Assembly: GCF_018350175.1 (NCBI RefSeq)
Contig: NC_058375.1
Location: forward strand, 204,290,001 to 204,354,000
DNA from: Felis catus
Taxonomy: Eukaryota
Reading direction: 5' to 3'
Length of the DNA stretch: 64,000 nucleotides
The stretch's first letter is position 1. Each line of letters begins with the position of its first letter. The notes below the pieces were generated by a model that had not been told where the DNA came from, made no database searches, and was given only the letters and a program-made list of their open reading frames with translations. The translations under genes were made by a program, and so were the position numbers. Positions 1 to 12,559 of the stretch are shown here, one piece after another.

Positions 1-100
1 CCTCCTCTATTCTGAGTCTCCCAGGCATCATCAGGGAACCCTTCTTTCTCCACACAGCACTCCAGGCTGCGGCTCTTTCAAATCAGTCCAGCTTGGCAAG

Positions 101-534
101 TGTTATGAGTTGTATTGTGTCCCTCCACTCAATTCATATGTAGAAGTCCTAACCACCCCCCCCCCCTTACATGAGAATGTAACCTACTTGGAGCTAGAAG
201 TAATCATGAAACATGGGGTCATTAGCATTGGTTCTGATCCAATATGATTGGTTTCTTTATCAAAAGGAGAAATTTGGAGACAGTCATGAACACAGAGAGA
301 ATGGCATGTGAAAAGAAAGGCAGGAAAGTGAAGGAATATAAAAGATACAAACCACCAGAAGCTAGAAGGGAAGGGTGGAAGATTCTCCCTCACAGCTCTC
401 AGAAGGAAGCAATTTGACTAACACCCGGATCTTGGACTTTTAGCCTCCAGAACTCCGAGACAATAAATTGCTATTGTTTAAGCCACCCGCTTTGCGGTAA
501 TTTGTCACAGCAACCCTAGCAAACTCGTAAAACA
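101..534 (+). mobile_element. MaLR solo LTR, MLT1B/C-like
   Basis: Starts TGTTATGAGTTGTATTGTGTCC, contains TTCATATGTAGAAGTCCTAACC and CCTCCAGAACT...AATAAATTGCTATTGTTTAAGCCACCC, ends ...CCCTAGCAAACTCGTAAAACA. All are MLT1 hallmarks. Confidence 0.85.
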
Positions 535-1228
535 GGTAAGATAAAAGCTATTTCCCATTACTGTCCTTGGGGGGGCGGGGGGGGGGAAGAAATAGATCGC
601 CCCCTGTCTTCTACCACTATGATGGCACCTGCTGATAAAATGTAGTATTCTTATCCAAATTCAGTTTTCTCATTAGAGCCAAGATAATGTATGATCACAC
701 GTTGCACCATAAATTAGCAACTGACAGTGCTGGATGGCATCGACCTCGAATGCCACTTAGGTTAAGCGAGGTTAACATCTTACAGGGAAATTCATGGCCA
801 CACCATATGCAAAGAACTAATCATCTTCTTTGGGAGTGTGCAGCTGGGAGCCCGGAAGCCCTCCCCTGGCCAGTAAACTTCAGCTCTTGTCCCAAACGAG
901 CTACTGAGAAAGACTCGCTCCAGTATCAGTGTCACTATGATACTATAGAAGGCTGAAGTCGAAAGATGTGTGGATGAATGTGTCTGTGTGTGTGTATGTT
1001 TAACGCCATGTGAAAAGTAGACTGTCTTGTACATTATGGTTAAACGAACAAAATGAGTGAACGATGCACATGGTGTGGCACTGAAGAAAGGGCACAGGCT
1101 TTGGAATGAGGCAGAGCTGAGTTACAGGACTAAAGGAGATAGCATTTGGGAAAGCAAAGACAGAAATGACACTTTCTTTCACATGCCTTGCTTTCACTAC
1201 CACCCTTAGGCAAGGGCTGCAGGCTCCC

Positions 1229-1302
1229 CTCCCCCCAACTTTTTCTTAAGTTGATTTATTATTGAGAGAGAGAGAGAGGAGAGAGAGCACAAGCTGGGGA
1301 GG

Positions 1303-1345
<43 letters not shown>

Positions 1346-1484
1346 GGAGACACAGAATCCCAAACAGGCTCTAGGCTCTGAGCTGTCAGCACAGAACCCG
1401 ATGCCGGGCTCAAACCCACAAACTGGGAGACCGTGACCTGAGCCAAAGTCAGACGCTTAACTGACTGAGCCACCCAGGTGCCCC
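1229..1484 (-). mobile_element. CanSINE (feline tRNA-derived SINE)
   Basis: Reverse complement of GGGGCACCTGGGTGGCTCAGTCAGTTAAGCGT head, (CT)n tract and A-rich tail. TSD TGCAGGCTCCC at 1218-1228 and 1485-1495. Confidence 0.97.
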
Positions 1485-2374
1485 TGCAGGCTCCCTTTTA
1501 TTGAACATCTTCACTTAACTTTCATGGCCCTGCTATAGCTTTGGTAAAGCCTTATCTAAGGAGAACTAGATGAACTTGGTTAAACTAGTCGCACTTTAGG
1601 TACAAGGATAATACCTTCTTCTTTTAGGAAAAGATGACTCTATTCAAAAGCCACTGTTTTATACATTAAGGTTTTATTAATCAATTATCATCTTGTAACC
1701 AATGAGTGTGTCAGCAGAAACCAAGCCTCATCTACCGCTTTGGTGATCAAAGTATATACAGGAATGACAAGTGCATGTTTGTGTCTTTCCAGGTACAAGT
1801 TACTGCCATAGTCCCACATTTTCAACTCATCTGTGCTGATTGTTATCCACTGTGTTCCCACTCTTCTGCATTGCCCCATTAAGCACCTGACCTGAAAGCA
1901 CATTTAGCTGTTAGGGAACTTTGGATAAGGTCGCTAACTTTTGGTCAACCCTTGTGGTTTCACTCTCTGTGACACAGGGGTTCTCACTGGTGTTCTATCT
2001 GGGTCTTCTTGGATTCTGAAGGACACAAATAGGGCTGGATAATTAAATGTCCCTTGTCTTCCCCTGTATCATAGCATATGTTCTTTTAGATCAGTAAGTT
2101 GCTTAAAACCAACCTCAAAACATAGGGAAGCAACTCAGTGTTTTACCAGAGGCACAGACATACTTCAGTTCAGTATCACCTGAACACAAAAGATGTGACC
2201 CTCCTCAAGCTGCATTGGATGACTTAGCTGCCATTTCCTTACCAGCATTATACATAGCAATGCTCTATAAAAATTTCCCTGTGGTCAAGAAATTCTTTCC
2301 AAATTTTGCTCCTAGATCCTGCTTCTCAATCCCCGGCTCCTAAAACTAGAGCTCTATTTTAATTCCAGTGAGAA

Positions 2375-2492
2375 TTAGTGTAAGTACGTCCATGAAATAT
2401 TTGGGGCATATACTAAAAAAACAAGCTATTCCTCTTCATCTGAAATTCAAATTGAACTGGTCATTCTGTATTTTCATTTGCCACATCTCGAA
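2375..2492. mobile_element. MER53-like hAT DNA transposon fragment
   Basis: CCATGAAATATTTGGGGCATATACTAAAAAA...ATCTGAAATTCAAATTGAACTGG...CTGTATTTT resembles the MER53 consensus. Confidence 0.65.
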
Positions 2493-4538
2493 AGGCTTAG
2501 TTACATGTAACTTTCAAAGTAATATACCTCCTCTCCAAAAGAAACTAGCATCAGTAACAGTTTGTCTTGTGATGACATTTTTGTATCTATATCCACCTTA
2601 TTAAAGAAAGTAAGTGAAGAAAGAAAGAAAGGCTGAGGAATGATGTACATGGCATTAGCTTATGTTTTGAATTCCCAGCTTTGTCTCTTAAGGAGTTGAA
2701 GAACTTTTGATAGAAGCTTCTTCTTTCAAACCACAGTCTCTTCTCAATGTTGGGAAAAATAATGTGTAAGAGGATACCCCTATTTGCACCTCAAGAAAAA
2801 AATTATAAAGATGAAGATATATGTGTATATATAATTAAGCCAATGTCACACTTTTTTTTTATGTTTTCATCTGAAGATGATATAAGAAGGTAGTACTGCT
2901 TTCCCAAACTGAAGATGTTGACTTCATACACAAATCCAACTGCACTCTCTGAAATGGCACAGTCTGAAATGGCAAGCTAAGCCCTGGGTTCACACTGAAG
3001 GGAGATGTGGACTGAACTCCCTTGGAAGCAGAACTGAAATATGGAAGAAATGTCATAGCTGCATAGGACAATGTTTCCTGCTCTATAACAAATGTGCCCA
3101 TAACTGGAAGCTCACCTGCAAGTCGGCTGCAGAGCGTCGTGCTGAAATCATAGGTCAACAATTGTAGTTTACCAACAACTTTTTGTCTCTAGAATTCCCT
3201 TCTCTCGATGAGATCACCGTGCAGTGAGAGAGTGATGAAGGACAAGATTGGTAAAATTGTCTTATTGGAGGCCAACTGAGGCCATAGCAAGTGAAAGCAG
3301 ATACTCTGGTCAAGGACAAAGACTTGAACTGGAGGATAATAGAGTGTAGGATTTCTCCTACCTTCCACCATTTCCAATGCAGCCCTATAAGACGGCAGCC
3401 TCTGTATTTGCTGCAAAACACAGCGTAACATATGGTGAGGGAAATTGAAATGAGCTAAATGGCAAACCAAATATATGATTTTTTTCCTTTTCTTTCCAAT
3501 ATAAGTGATAAATTGCTAAGAGAAATAGGATGCAGAGTATTTCCAACTTAAATACGAGGAAGATATCCTCTCTGAAACATAGTGACTGACATTGGATATA
3601 TATGTGGAGAAATTTTAATGGGGTACGCATTTAGTTAAGGGTACAAACATCATTTCCTAGTGGTTTGGAACATATGCAGAATACAAATTGTCAAGCCAAG
3701 AAATTTATAAATACAGCAAACTCTTCTGTTCTCAGATAAACTGTAAAAATAAATGAAGTCATCAATAATATCAAGTATAATTTAATAATAATTTTTCATT
3801 CAGCATTTAATAGTTTCCAGATGGCTTTATATTTCTCCAAAAATGGGGATGGTATATACATATAGAAAATAATAGCAAATACTTAATTATTTTCTAGGAA
3901 AAAAGCAGAAGTCTGATAAAATATGCAATTTAAATTTATCAGTACATTTAAGTAGAATCATAAATATTATATAGATGAGTATTTTATCTGGATATTTATT
4001 CAATTTGCATCTGACATTTTTGATCATTCAGGGAATATTCATTTTTCTCTTCTAGTTAATTTTTTCCTTTCCATCCATGTTTTACTATGTGTGCAATATT
4101 TTTGTTTTCTGTGATTAGTTCTTACATGGCAAAAAATATTTTTTATTTTTTTTTCTTTAGCACAAGTTTGAAAATGGCTTTAAGTACCTATACATACACA
4201 GGAACTTAGCAAATACTTGTCACTAAATCTTGTAATTCCCAAATGCCCAAAGATAGAAGACAATGAGAGTATCTTGGTACGTTTTCTCCAACTGCTTCAT
4301 TGTTCATGGATGAGTGTAATAGGGACCTCAACTTTGCTTTTTAGCCTCAAATTTTTTCTTGTAGTCTGGTCCTAATGATTTTTGCAAGCCTCAAGATGTT
4401 TATAATGTAGTTTAAGGAGCTGTACTGTACTCTACAACTCATTAAAATACATGAGAATGGAAAAAAAAAAAACAGAAAGAAAAAATTCCCTTATGTAGCA
4501 ACCCCTCTGATTTAAGGTTGGAAGAACCTCATATCTAC

Positions 4539-4665
4539 TAGTGGTTCTCAATACTCTATGTAATAATAATCTGAGGAACTTTTAAAAATAATTATTTTTA
4601 TAATATTATAATGAAACAATATTATCTAAGCCTCACTTCAGAACAATTCTATCAAGAAATGAGAG
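4539..4665. mobile_element. MER5A-like (hAT-Charlie) fragment
   Basis: AGTGGTTCTCAA terminus followed by AATCTGAGGAACTTTTAAAAATA; truncated next to the L1. Confidence 0.5.
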
Positions 4666-4726
4666 AAGTGGGTAGCAGTAAATATTCAACAAGACAGACC
4701 CTAAAACAAACCTTAACAAATTAAAG

Positions 4727-4728
<2 letters not shown>

Positions 4729-4762
<34 letters not shown>
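4729..4762. repeat. (AT)n microsatellite
   Basis: Perfect AT run. Confidence 0.95.
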
Positions 4763-4764
<2 letters not shown>

Positions 4765-6547
4765 TCAGACCATAATACAATTAAAAAATAAATAAACAAC
4801 AAAAATATATCTGGAAAGTCCCCCCAATACTGGAATATTGAACCATAAGCTTCTAAACAATGTAAGGTCGAAGAGAAAATCTCAAAGAAAATTAACTGAG
4901 TGAAGATAAAAATGTATCAAAACTTGTGGGACGCAGCTAAACTAATGGTTACAGGGTCGTGTTAAGTTAAATGCTTAGATTAGAAAGGAAAAAACTCCCA
5001 ATTCAGTAATCTAAGCTTCCATATTTAGGACATGGGGGAAAAAAAAAGCAAATTAAACCCAAAGGAAAGAAAGAAAAGATATAACAGAGATAAGATAGAA
5101 ATCGATAAAGTTGAAAACAAAAACAGTAGAGGAAGTCATTGAAACCAAAAGCTGTTTCTTTGGAAAGGTCAATAAAATCAATAAACCTCTAGACAGATTG
5201 ACAAAGAAAAAAGCCCAAAAAACAAAGAAGGCAAAAATTACCAATATCAGGAATGAAAGGACACCACTACTGATTCCATAGACACTCAGAAGATAAGAGC
5301 ATACTATAAATAACACTATACTTATATAAGAACTAATATGAAATTTACCATTTCTTTGAAATGCACATTATCAAAATTTACAAAGGTGTGTGTGTGTGTG
5401 TATGTGTGACTTCAGCAGTTCTATATCTATTAAGGCATTGAATGTATAGATTTAAAATATTTCCAAAATTGAAAATTCCAGGCTGAGATGCTTCCATTGC
5501 TGGATTCTACCCAACCTTTAAGAAGACATAATATCATTTCTATACAATCTCTTCCAAAAAATAGGAGAAAGAATACAGTGAACTAATTTAAAACCAGATG
5601 ATAAAACTGAACACTGATATCCCATCATGAACATAGACAAAAATTTCCAGTCCAATTCAAATGCAGTAATTATAAAAAAGACAATATAACACAAGTGGAG
5701 TTTGTCTCAGAATATAAAAAGTTCGACATTTAGTGTAACTCACCCTATTTGTAAGCTAATAAAGAAAACCACATGATCATCTCCACTGATGCAGAACAAA
5801 GATTTAGACACAATATGAAATCCATTCATAATAAAAACTTGCCACAAACTAAGAATAGAAGGAAGCTCACTAAACCGAATTAAAAGGCCTCTGTGAAAAA
5901 TCTATGCCAACATCATACTTCACGGTGAAAGATTGAATTTTTCTCTTTAAAATTAGGAATGAATAAAATAAAATAAATTAGGGATAAATGAAGGATGTCT
6001 TTTCTTACTACTCCTACTCAACATTATCCTGGAGGTATTATTGTGTGCAGTAAGAAAGACAAAAATAAAACAAAATAAGCACATAGAAAGTAAGAAACAC
6101 AACAATCTCAATCTGTAGACTAATTGCTTAAACTAGAAAATCCCCAAAAATCTACATAAAAGCTTCTAGATTTAATAAGTGAGTCTAGTAGCAGGTTTGC
6201 AAGACACAAGGTCAATAGGCAAAAGTCAAGTATGTCCCTGTATATCAGCAGTGAGTATTAGAATTTGAAACTGAAAAAAACTTTATAAAGCATTTTAAAA
6301 AGAAGTGCTTAAGTATGAATGTAACAAAATGTGTGCAAGATCTGTAGGTTGAAAACTACAGAATACTGATGAAATAATTCAAAGAATATCTAAATAAATA
6401 TAGGAAAATACCATGTGCATGAGTTAGAAGACTTAATATTGCCAAGAGGGTTAACTCTTCTCAATTTTATCTGTAGATTTAGGCATTTTCATTGAATATC
6501 CCAGTAATCTTATTTTACAGATAAGCTGATTTTAAAATTTATATAGA

Positions 6548-6759
6548 GGGGCACCTGGGTGGCTCAGTCAGTTAAGTGTCCGACTTCAGCTCAGGTCATG
6601 ATCTCACAGTCTGTGGGTTCAAGCCCTGTGTCGGGCTCTGTGCTGTCAGTTCAGAGCCCGGAGCCTTGTTTGGATTCTGTCTCCCTCTCTCTCTGCCCCT
6701 CCCCTACTCATGCTCTGTCTCTCAAAATATGAATAAACATTAAAACAATTAAAAAAAAT
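6548..6759 (+). mobile_element. CanSINE inserted in L1
   Basis: GGGGCACCTGGGTGGCTCAG head. TSD AAAATTTAT(A/G)TAGA at 6534-6547 and 6760-6773. Confidence 0.97.
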
Positions 6760-7149
6760 AAAATTTATGTAGAAAGACAAAGGAACTAGAATAGCCAAAA
6801 CAAGTCTGAGAAAAGAACAAAGTTGGAGGACTCACATTACTTAATTTCAAGATATACTATAAACTGCAGTAATCAAGACAATATGGTATTAGAAAATGGA
6901 TAGACATATAGATCAATGAAATAAAATAGCTACCCCAGAAATCAGCTTAAAAAATATATCAACTGATTTTTGACAAGGGCGCAAAGGCAATTCAATGAAG
7001 AAATGATAATGTTTTCAATAAATAGTGTTGGAACAATTAAACACCTACATGCAAAAGTGAATCTCAATACCTACTTTATGCCCGATACAAAAATTAACTC
7101 AAAAAAGACCATGGATCTAAAGGTTATCATTAAAAATAAACCTTCTGGA

Positions 7150-7438
7150 CAAATATCATATGATTTCACTCATAGATGGAATTTAACAAAACGAACATAT
7201 GGGAAGGGGGGGAAGAAGAGAGTGAAACAAACCACAAGAGACTCTTAACAATAGAGAACAAACTGAGGGTTGATGGAGGGAGGTGGGTGGGGGATGGGCT
7301 AGATGGGTGATGGGCATTAAGGAGGGCACTTACTGTGATGCGCATTGGTGTTGTACGTAAGTGATGAATCACTGAATTCTACTCCTGAAACCAACATTAC
7401 ACTGTATGTTAACTAAAATTAAAATTAAAAAAATAGAT
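7150..7438 (+). mobile_element. 5'-truncated carnivore L1 3' end nested in the older L1
   Basis: CAAATATCATATGATTTCACTCAT...AACAAACTGAGGGTTGATGG...GATGAATCACTGAATTCTACTCCTGAAACCAA with A-tail. Degenerate TSD AAATAAACCTTCTGGA (7134-7149) vs AAATAAACCCTTTGGA (7439-7454), 14/16. Confidence 0.9.
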
Positions 7439-7707
7439 AAATAAACCCTTTGGAAGAAAGCAGAGGAGAAAATCTGCATGACCTTTGGTTTGTCAAGGAG
7501 TTTTTTCGATACGGCGGCAAAAGTATGATCCATAAAGAAAAACCACAAATTATACTTTCTCAAAATTAAAACCTTATGCTCTACGAATGATACTATTAAA
7601 GAGAATGAGCAGACAAAGCACAGAGAGAAAATATTTGCAAGTCACATATCGAATAAAGGACTGGTATCCAGAGTATATAGAGAACACTTAGAACTCAACA
7701 AGGAAAT

Positions 7708-7869
7708 GGGGTGCCCGGGTGGCTCAGTCAGCTAAGCGTCCGACTTAGGCTCAGGTCATGATCTTCCGTTTTGTGAGTTCGAGCCCCGCGTTGGGCTCTG
7801 TGCTGACAGCTCAGAGCCTGGAGCCTGCTTTGGATTCTGTATCTCCCTCTTTGCCCATCCCCCACTCAT

Positions 7870-7908
<39 letters not shown>

Positions 7909-7942
7909 AATATAATAAATAAACGTTAAAAAATTAAAAAGA
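7708..7942 (+). mobile_element. CanSINE (older host copy; its tail is interrupted by the next SINE)
   Basis: SINE head at 7708. Outer TSD AACTCAACAAGGAAAT at 7692-7707 and 8177-8192. Confidence 0.96.
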
Positions 7943-8161
7943 GGGGCGCCTGGGTGGCACAGTCGGTTAAGCGTCCGACTTCAGCCAGGTCACGATCTCG
8001 CGGTCCGTGAGTTCGAGCCCCGCGTCAGGCTCTGGGCTGATGGCTCGGAGCCTGGAGCCTGTTTCCGATTCTGTGTCTCCCTCTCTCTCTGCCCCTCCCT
8101 CGTTCATGCTCTGTCTCTCTCTGTCCCAAAAATAAATAAACGTTGAAAAAAAAAATTAAAA
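7943..8161 (+). mobile_element. Young feline SINEC_Fc-type copy
   Basis: CpG-rich, with diagnostic CAGCCAGGTCACGATCTCGCGGTCCGTG. Perfect TSD AAAAAATTAAAAAGA at 7928-7942 and 8162-8176. Confidence 0.98.
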
Positions 8162-9254
8162 AAAAAATTAAAAAGAAACTCAACAAGGAAATGAATAGGC
8201 AAAGATCTGAACAGAGAGTTCACCAAAGAAGATACATAGATGACGAGTAAGCACAGGAAAGATGCGCAGCATCATTTGTCCTTAGGGAAATGTAAGTGAA
8301 AACCGCGATGACATCTCACTGTGCACTTATTAAAATAGCTAAAATAAAGCATACTGACACTACCAGACTCAGGCAAGCATGTGGCACAACTGGAATACAC
8401 AGAAATTAAACCTGACTCTAGCAGGATTCTTATAAAACTGCAAAGAACAAGATGAAGGTGAAAACTGATAGGAAAGCTTTGGGAAAAGGTTTCTATGAAC
8501 AAGGTTCATTCAAAGGCAGATACTGTGGGCATTTTGCACAAAACCGATAGCAGTTAACATTTTTAAATATGGTGGTCATTCCTTACATAATGTGAATCCG
8601 TCGTAAATATTTTTTTCATGTGGTTTTTAAGCTGAGTAATCCTTGTAATCCTCTTTTATTTGTCAAAAACAGAACCTGGTTATCCTTTAGATATGCTGAT
8701 ATTCTATCTTTCGTGTGGCTTTTGCAAAATATTTCAAAAATTATGGCTTTATGATTGACGTCACGCAATTTTTCTATTCTTTCAATTCAACTTCATGTGT
8801 ACCCATGAGCTATGCTGACTATTTGAGAGTTCAGATATTTTGATATACAGTTCCAGGGACCATTTGATGAAGCCATTTTGTTCACTAACCACATAATTAC
8901 TATGGAAATGGACAGAAATGCATAAAAATAAATAATGATTCTAAGTGACAATGAAGACAAGAAGTTGAACTGTGTGATTGAAAACACTTAAGTTTCTTAG
9001 ATGTTATTTTGCATGGGTCACAGATGAAATATGTTCTCATGGAGTATAGGCTGCTCCCTGCTTCTGCATATGGTTCTTCAATTACAACAGGCAAATGAGC
9101 TTCCTGGGATTCCCCATCTATCTCCCCTCCCCCCAAGTAGCGTTAGGTAGCATACTGTGTATACTGTGATCCGTAGAATTGACTTTTATCTGCACATTTC
9201 TGTGAAGTTTCCTCCTTTAACAAAAATATGAATTTAGTTAGAATTGGTTTTGTG

Positions 9255-9405
9255 ACCTAACAGCTTTGTAATGTTGAGTGTCTACTATCTGTCTGAAACT
9301 CAATTTTCTTTTATATCCAAATTAGGCTACTTACAGGCTTGCTGTGAAAATCAAATAAGATGATGGCAAAGAACATAATCTCTAGCACCTAGCAGTTTCT
9401 CAACT
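9255..9405 (+). mobile_element. MIR fragment
   Basis: CTGAAACTCAATTTTCTT...CTACTTACAGGCTTGCTGTGAAAATCAAATAAGATGAT matches the MIR core. Confidence 0.6.
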
Positions 9406-9469
9406 AAAGTTGATCAGTAGTTTCTTCTCTTTTCTCCTTTTCTTTCCTTTCCTTCCCTGGCCCCTCTGA

Positions 9470-9632
9470 NNNNNNNNNNNNNNNNNNNNNNNNNNNNNNN
9501 NNNNNNNNNNNNNNNNNNNNNNNNNNNNNNNNNNNNNNNNNNNNNNNNNNNNNNNNNNNNNNNNNNNNNNNNNNNNNNNNNNNNNNNNNNNNNNNNNNNN
9601 NNNNNNNNNNNNNNNNNNNNNNNNNNNNNNNN
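9470..9632. other. Assembly gap
   Basis: Run of N. Confidence 1.
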
Positions 9633-10138
9633 AATGGTGGAAATCTAGAAGAATACATTTGGGAAGGAATAGAAGTTTATGATCTATTTGATAAGCCTAC
9701 ATGAGTTGATACCATATAAACTGATGGCTAAAGCCTCTGATATGCAAGAAAGTTACTGATGTTATATAAAATGATTTGTAAGACATTAATAACAACTGAA
9801 TCCTGTATAAATAACATATGTTATGTGTGTGCTTGGAGACACAAATATGAACGGGGCATAGTCCTTGCCCTGAAAGCGCAACTGATTTCATGGAGATATA
9901 AAAAAAGGTATAAAGTAAAAACAAAAAACAAAAAACAAAAAACAAAAAAAAACATGCAGAAAAAAAAATGCTTGGTTGAGGTAAACGGTGTTCTCTAAGA
10001 CAGGAGAAAGGAAAATTCATTTGGGTATGAATTTTAGTGAGAACTACTCCAAACAATTTGATAAACAACATGACAAAAAAAAATTACTGAATTTTTCCCA
10101 CTGTTTCAGATTCTCATTTCACAGGACTTTGGAGTTTT

Positions 10139-10371
10139 TTTTTATTTAAAAAAAATTTTTTTTTCAACGTTTTATTTTATTTTTTTGGGACAGAGAGAGA
10201 CAGAGCATGAACGGGGGAGTGGCAGAGAGAGAGGGAGACACAGAATCGGAAACAGGCTCCAGGCTCTGAGCCAGCAGCCCAGAGCCCGACGCGGGGCTCG
10301 AACTCGCAGACCGTGAGATCGTGACCTGGCTGAAGTCGGACGCTTAACCGACTGCGCCACCCAGGCGCCCC
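10139..10371 (-). mobile_element. Young feline SINEC_Fc-type copy
   Basis: Reverse complement of GGGGCGCCTGGGTGGCGCAGTCGGTTAAGCGTCCG. TSD TGGAGTTTT at 10130-10138 and 10372-10380. Confidence 0.98.
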
Positions 10372-11196
10372 TGGAGTTTTACTATAATACACATAATAAA
10401 TAATGTGCCAAGTTTGGGCTAAAAGGCAGTATTGTGAAACACAAAAGAAAAAAGTACCTCCATCCAAAATCATGTCAATACTTTGATAAGAAAGTAAGGT
10501 AGATCCATTGGCATATTGGTCAATGAACTTATTAATTTATTTGAGAAAATCTGTGCCGAAGTGATTTAAAGGTGATTTATCACGTCCAGCATAGCAAACT
10601 AACAGCGGTAGGTCCCAATAGTAGCAGCTGCAGTGGGAGTTATAGTAGAGTGCCGCTTCATGAATAAATCACTCTATTTGTTGTTTATTCAGTTGGCTAT
10701 TTATTTTTCAGTTATGTTTTATTAAGAGTTCCAAGGTATATTTTTGCATTGTATTTTTATTTAGACGCAATTTACAGACAACAAATTGCACCAAAATTAA
10801 CTGTATTGTTCATGCATTTTAAATTTTATTTATTTTTTCCACGCATTTTTACAAAAGACCTTATTATTTTAGAAGAGTTTTAGTTCCATAGCATAATTGA
10901 GAGGAAGTGAATCAGTGCATTTTGACAAACGCATACATGTGTGTAACATATCATCAAGAATAGCGTATTTCCATCATCCCAGAAAGTTCCTGAACCACCT
11001 CTGTAGACAATGAATGCTCTGCATTTTATGACCATTGATTACTTTTTCTTATTCTGGAGCTTCTGATATAAATAGAATATGAATAAAATTTGTACGTTTT
11101 TGTGTCTGGCTTCATTTATTCAGCATAATACTTTTGAGATTCAGCTATGCTATTAGGACACTAATACTCTGTTCCTTTTTATTTTTGCGTTGCATT

Positions 11197-11411
11197 CAGT
11201 GTTATGCTGATAAATGTTTAACAACTGGCTCTTCAAAACAAAACAAAACAGAACAACTGAATGGTAGCACTTGCCAATTTTCACCATCAAAATGCTCTGA
11301 AAGTAGCAAATTTTAGGCTATTAACACGTTCTCAAGTCATGTGTAAAATTCCCCAAAATTGAACTGTCAGTTCTGGTGACCCCAGCATGAGCTGGGTCAA
11401 GGATAGCACTG
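11197..11411. mobile_element. MER63A-like hAT DNA transposon
   Basis: CAGTGTTATGCTGATAAATGTTTAACAACTGGCTCT start and ...TAGCACTG end give CAGTG/CACTG terminal inverted repeats. Confidence 0.7.
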
Positions 11412-12345
11412 GTCATCTTGCATTGTATGAATATAGCATAATTTGCTTATCAACTCTACTCTTGATATAAACATGTGAGTTGTTTCTACTTTTGCATTGT
11501 TATGACTATAGCTCCCGTGAACATTCTTATGTAAGTCTTTGGGTGAACTTATATTTTTATCACTCCTGGGTAAATACCATCTGGTAGAATCACTTAATTA
11601 AAGTGTAAATGTAACTTTAACTTTATGAAATAGAATTGACAGTTGTTCAAAGGTATTATAACATTTTACACTCCCAACAACAAAGTATAGGGGGTCTAGT
11701 TGCTCCCAATCCTTGCCAATATTTGACATTGGCAACCTTTTTAATTTTAGTCATTTTGATGTAAGTCATGTTTCACTGTTCTCTCTTATGCCTAATAGTT
11801 ATGAGCAGTATTTCACATATTGGTTATCTCCATATCTTCCTTTGTGAAGTGTCTGTTTAAGTCTTAGGACCATTTGTTGTGTGTGTACGTCTGTTTATTA
11901 TTGAGTTGTAGAAGTCCTTTATATACTATTGACATAAAATCTTTGCCATATATCAAGCCACAACCTGGGACAGATTTTTAGTATGTGTGGGTTGTGGCTT
12001 CATTATTTTTCTTTATGGCTCCTCCTTTTTGAAATTAATAAATTTAATTTTTAGAGCACTTTTAGGTTCGCTGCAAAATTGGAAAAAAAAATGCAGATTT
12101 ACTATGTTACTTCTGTCCCTTTACACACTCAACCTCCCCGCCTTTGGGCATCACTTATGTGGTACTTTTTGCTAATCAAAAATTTTTGAAAAAGTCCTAT
12201 TAATAATTTTTTAGTAGTACTTTCTGGGCCCCAAGAAATCTTTACTTATTTCAAATTAACATAAATATTTTATTATGTTTTCTCTAGAAGTTTTATTACT
12301 TTAGATTTTATATTTACGTCCATTAATTATTTCAATTTAATGTTT

Positions 12346-12559
12346 CTTTCAAATAACTTTTTTTTTTTTAAAGAGAGAGAGAGAGAGGGAGAAAGAGCAA
12401 GGGGAGGAGAGGAGCAGAGGAAGAGAAAGACTGAATTTCAAGCACAGTTCACACTCAGCGAGGAGCCCAGTGCAGGGCTTGATCCCACAATCCTGGGACC
12501 ATGAACCAAGCCCAAATCAAGAGTCAGGCGCTCAACCAAATGAGCCACTCAGGTGCCCC
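12346..12559 (-). mobile_element. Older CanSINE
   Basis: ...CAAATCAAGAGTCAGGCGCTCAACCAAATGAGCCACTCAGGTGCCCC. TSD AATTTAATGTTT at 12334-12345 and 12562-12573. Confidence 0.93.

Larger units (their letters stand above)
4688..8398 (+). mobile_element. Old LINE-1 (L1M-class) ORF2 relic, disrupted, with nested insertions
   Basis: A-rich sense strand. Decayed RT motifs: AACCACATGATCATCTCCACTGATGCAGAA (NHMIISTDAE, ~5768-5797), a QGCPLSPLLFNIVLEV-like stretch (~5990-6037) and ENP (~6137). Many stops and frameshifts. Confidence 0.95.

Noticed and set aside
569-586. G-run with G-quadruplex potential
   Set aside because: Simple homopolymer whose length is unreliable in a draft assembly, with no functional context.
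4688-8398. Active reverse transcriptase gene
   Set aside because: L1 ORF2 is riddled with stops, frameshifts and insertions, and the catalytic FADD motif is decayed.
9404-9658. ORFs containing X runs (also 15383-15747 and 49321-49614)
   Set aside because: Artefacts of reading through assembly gaps.
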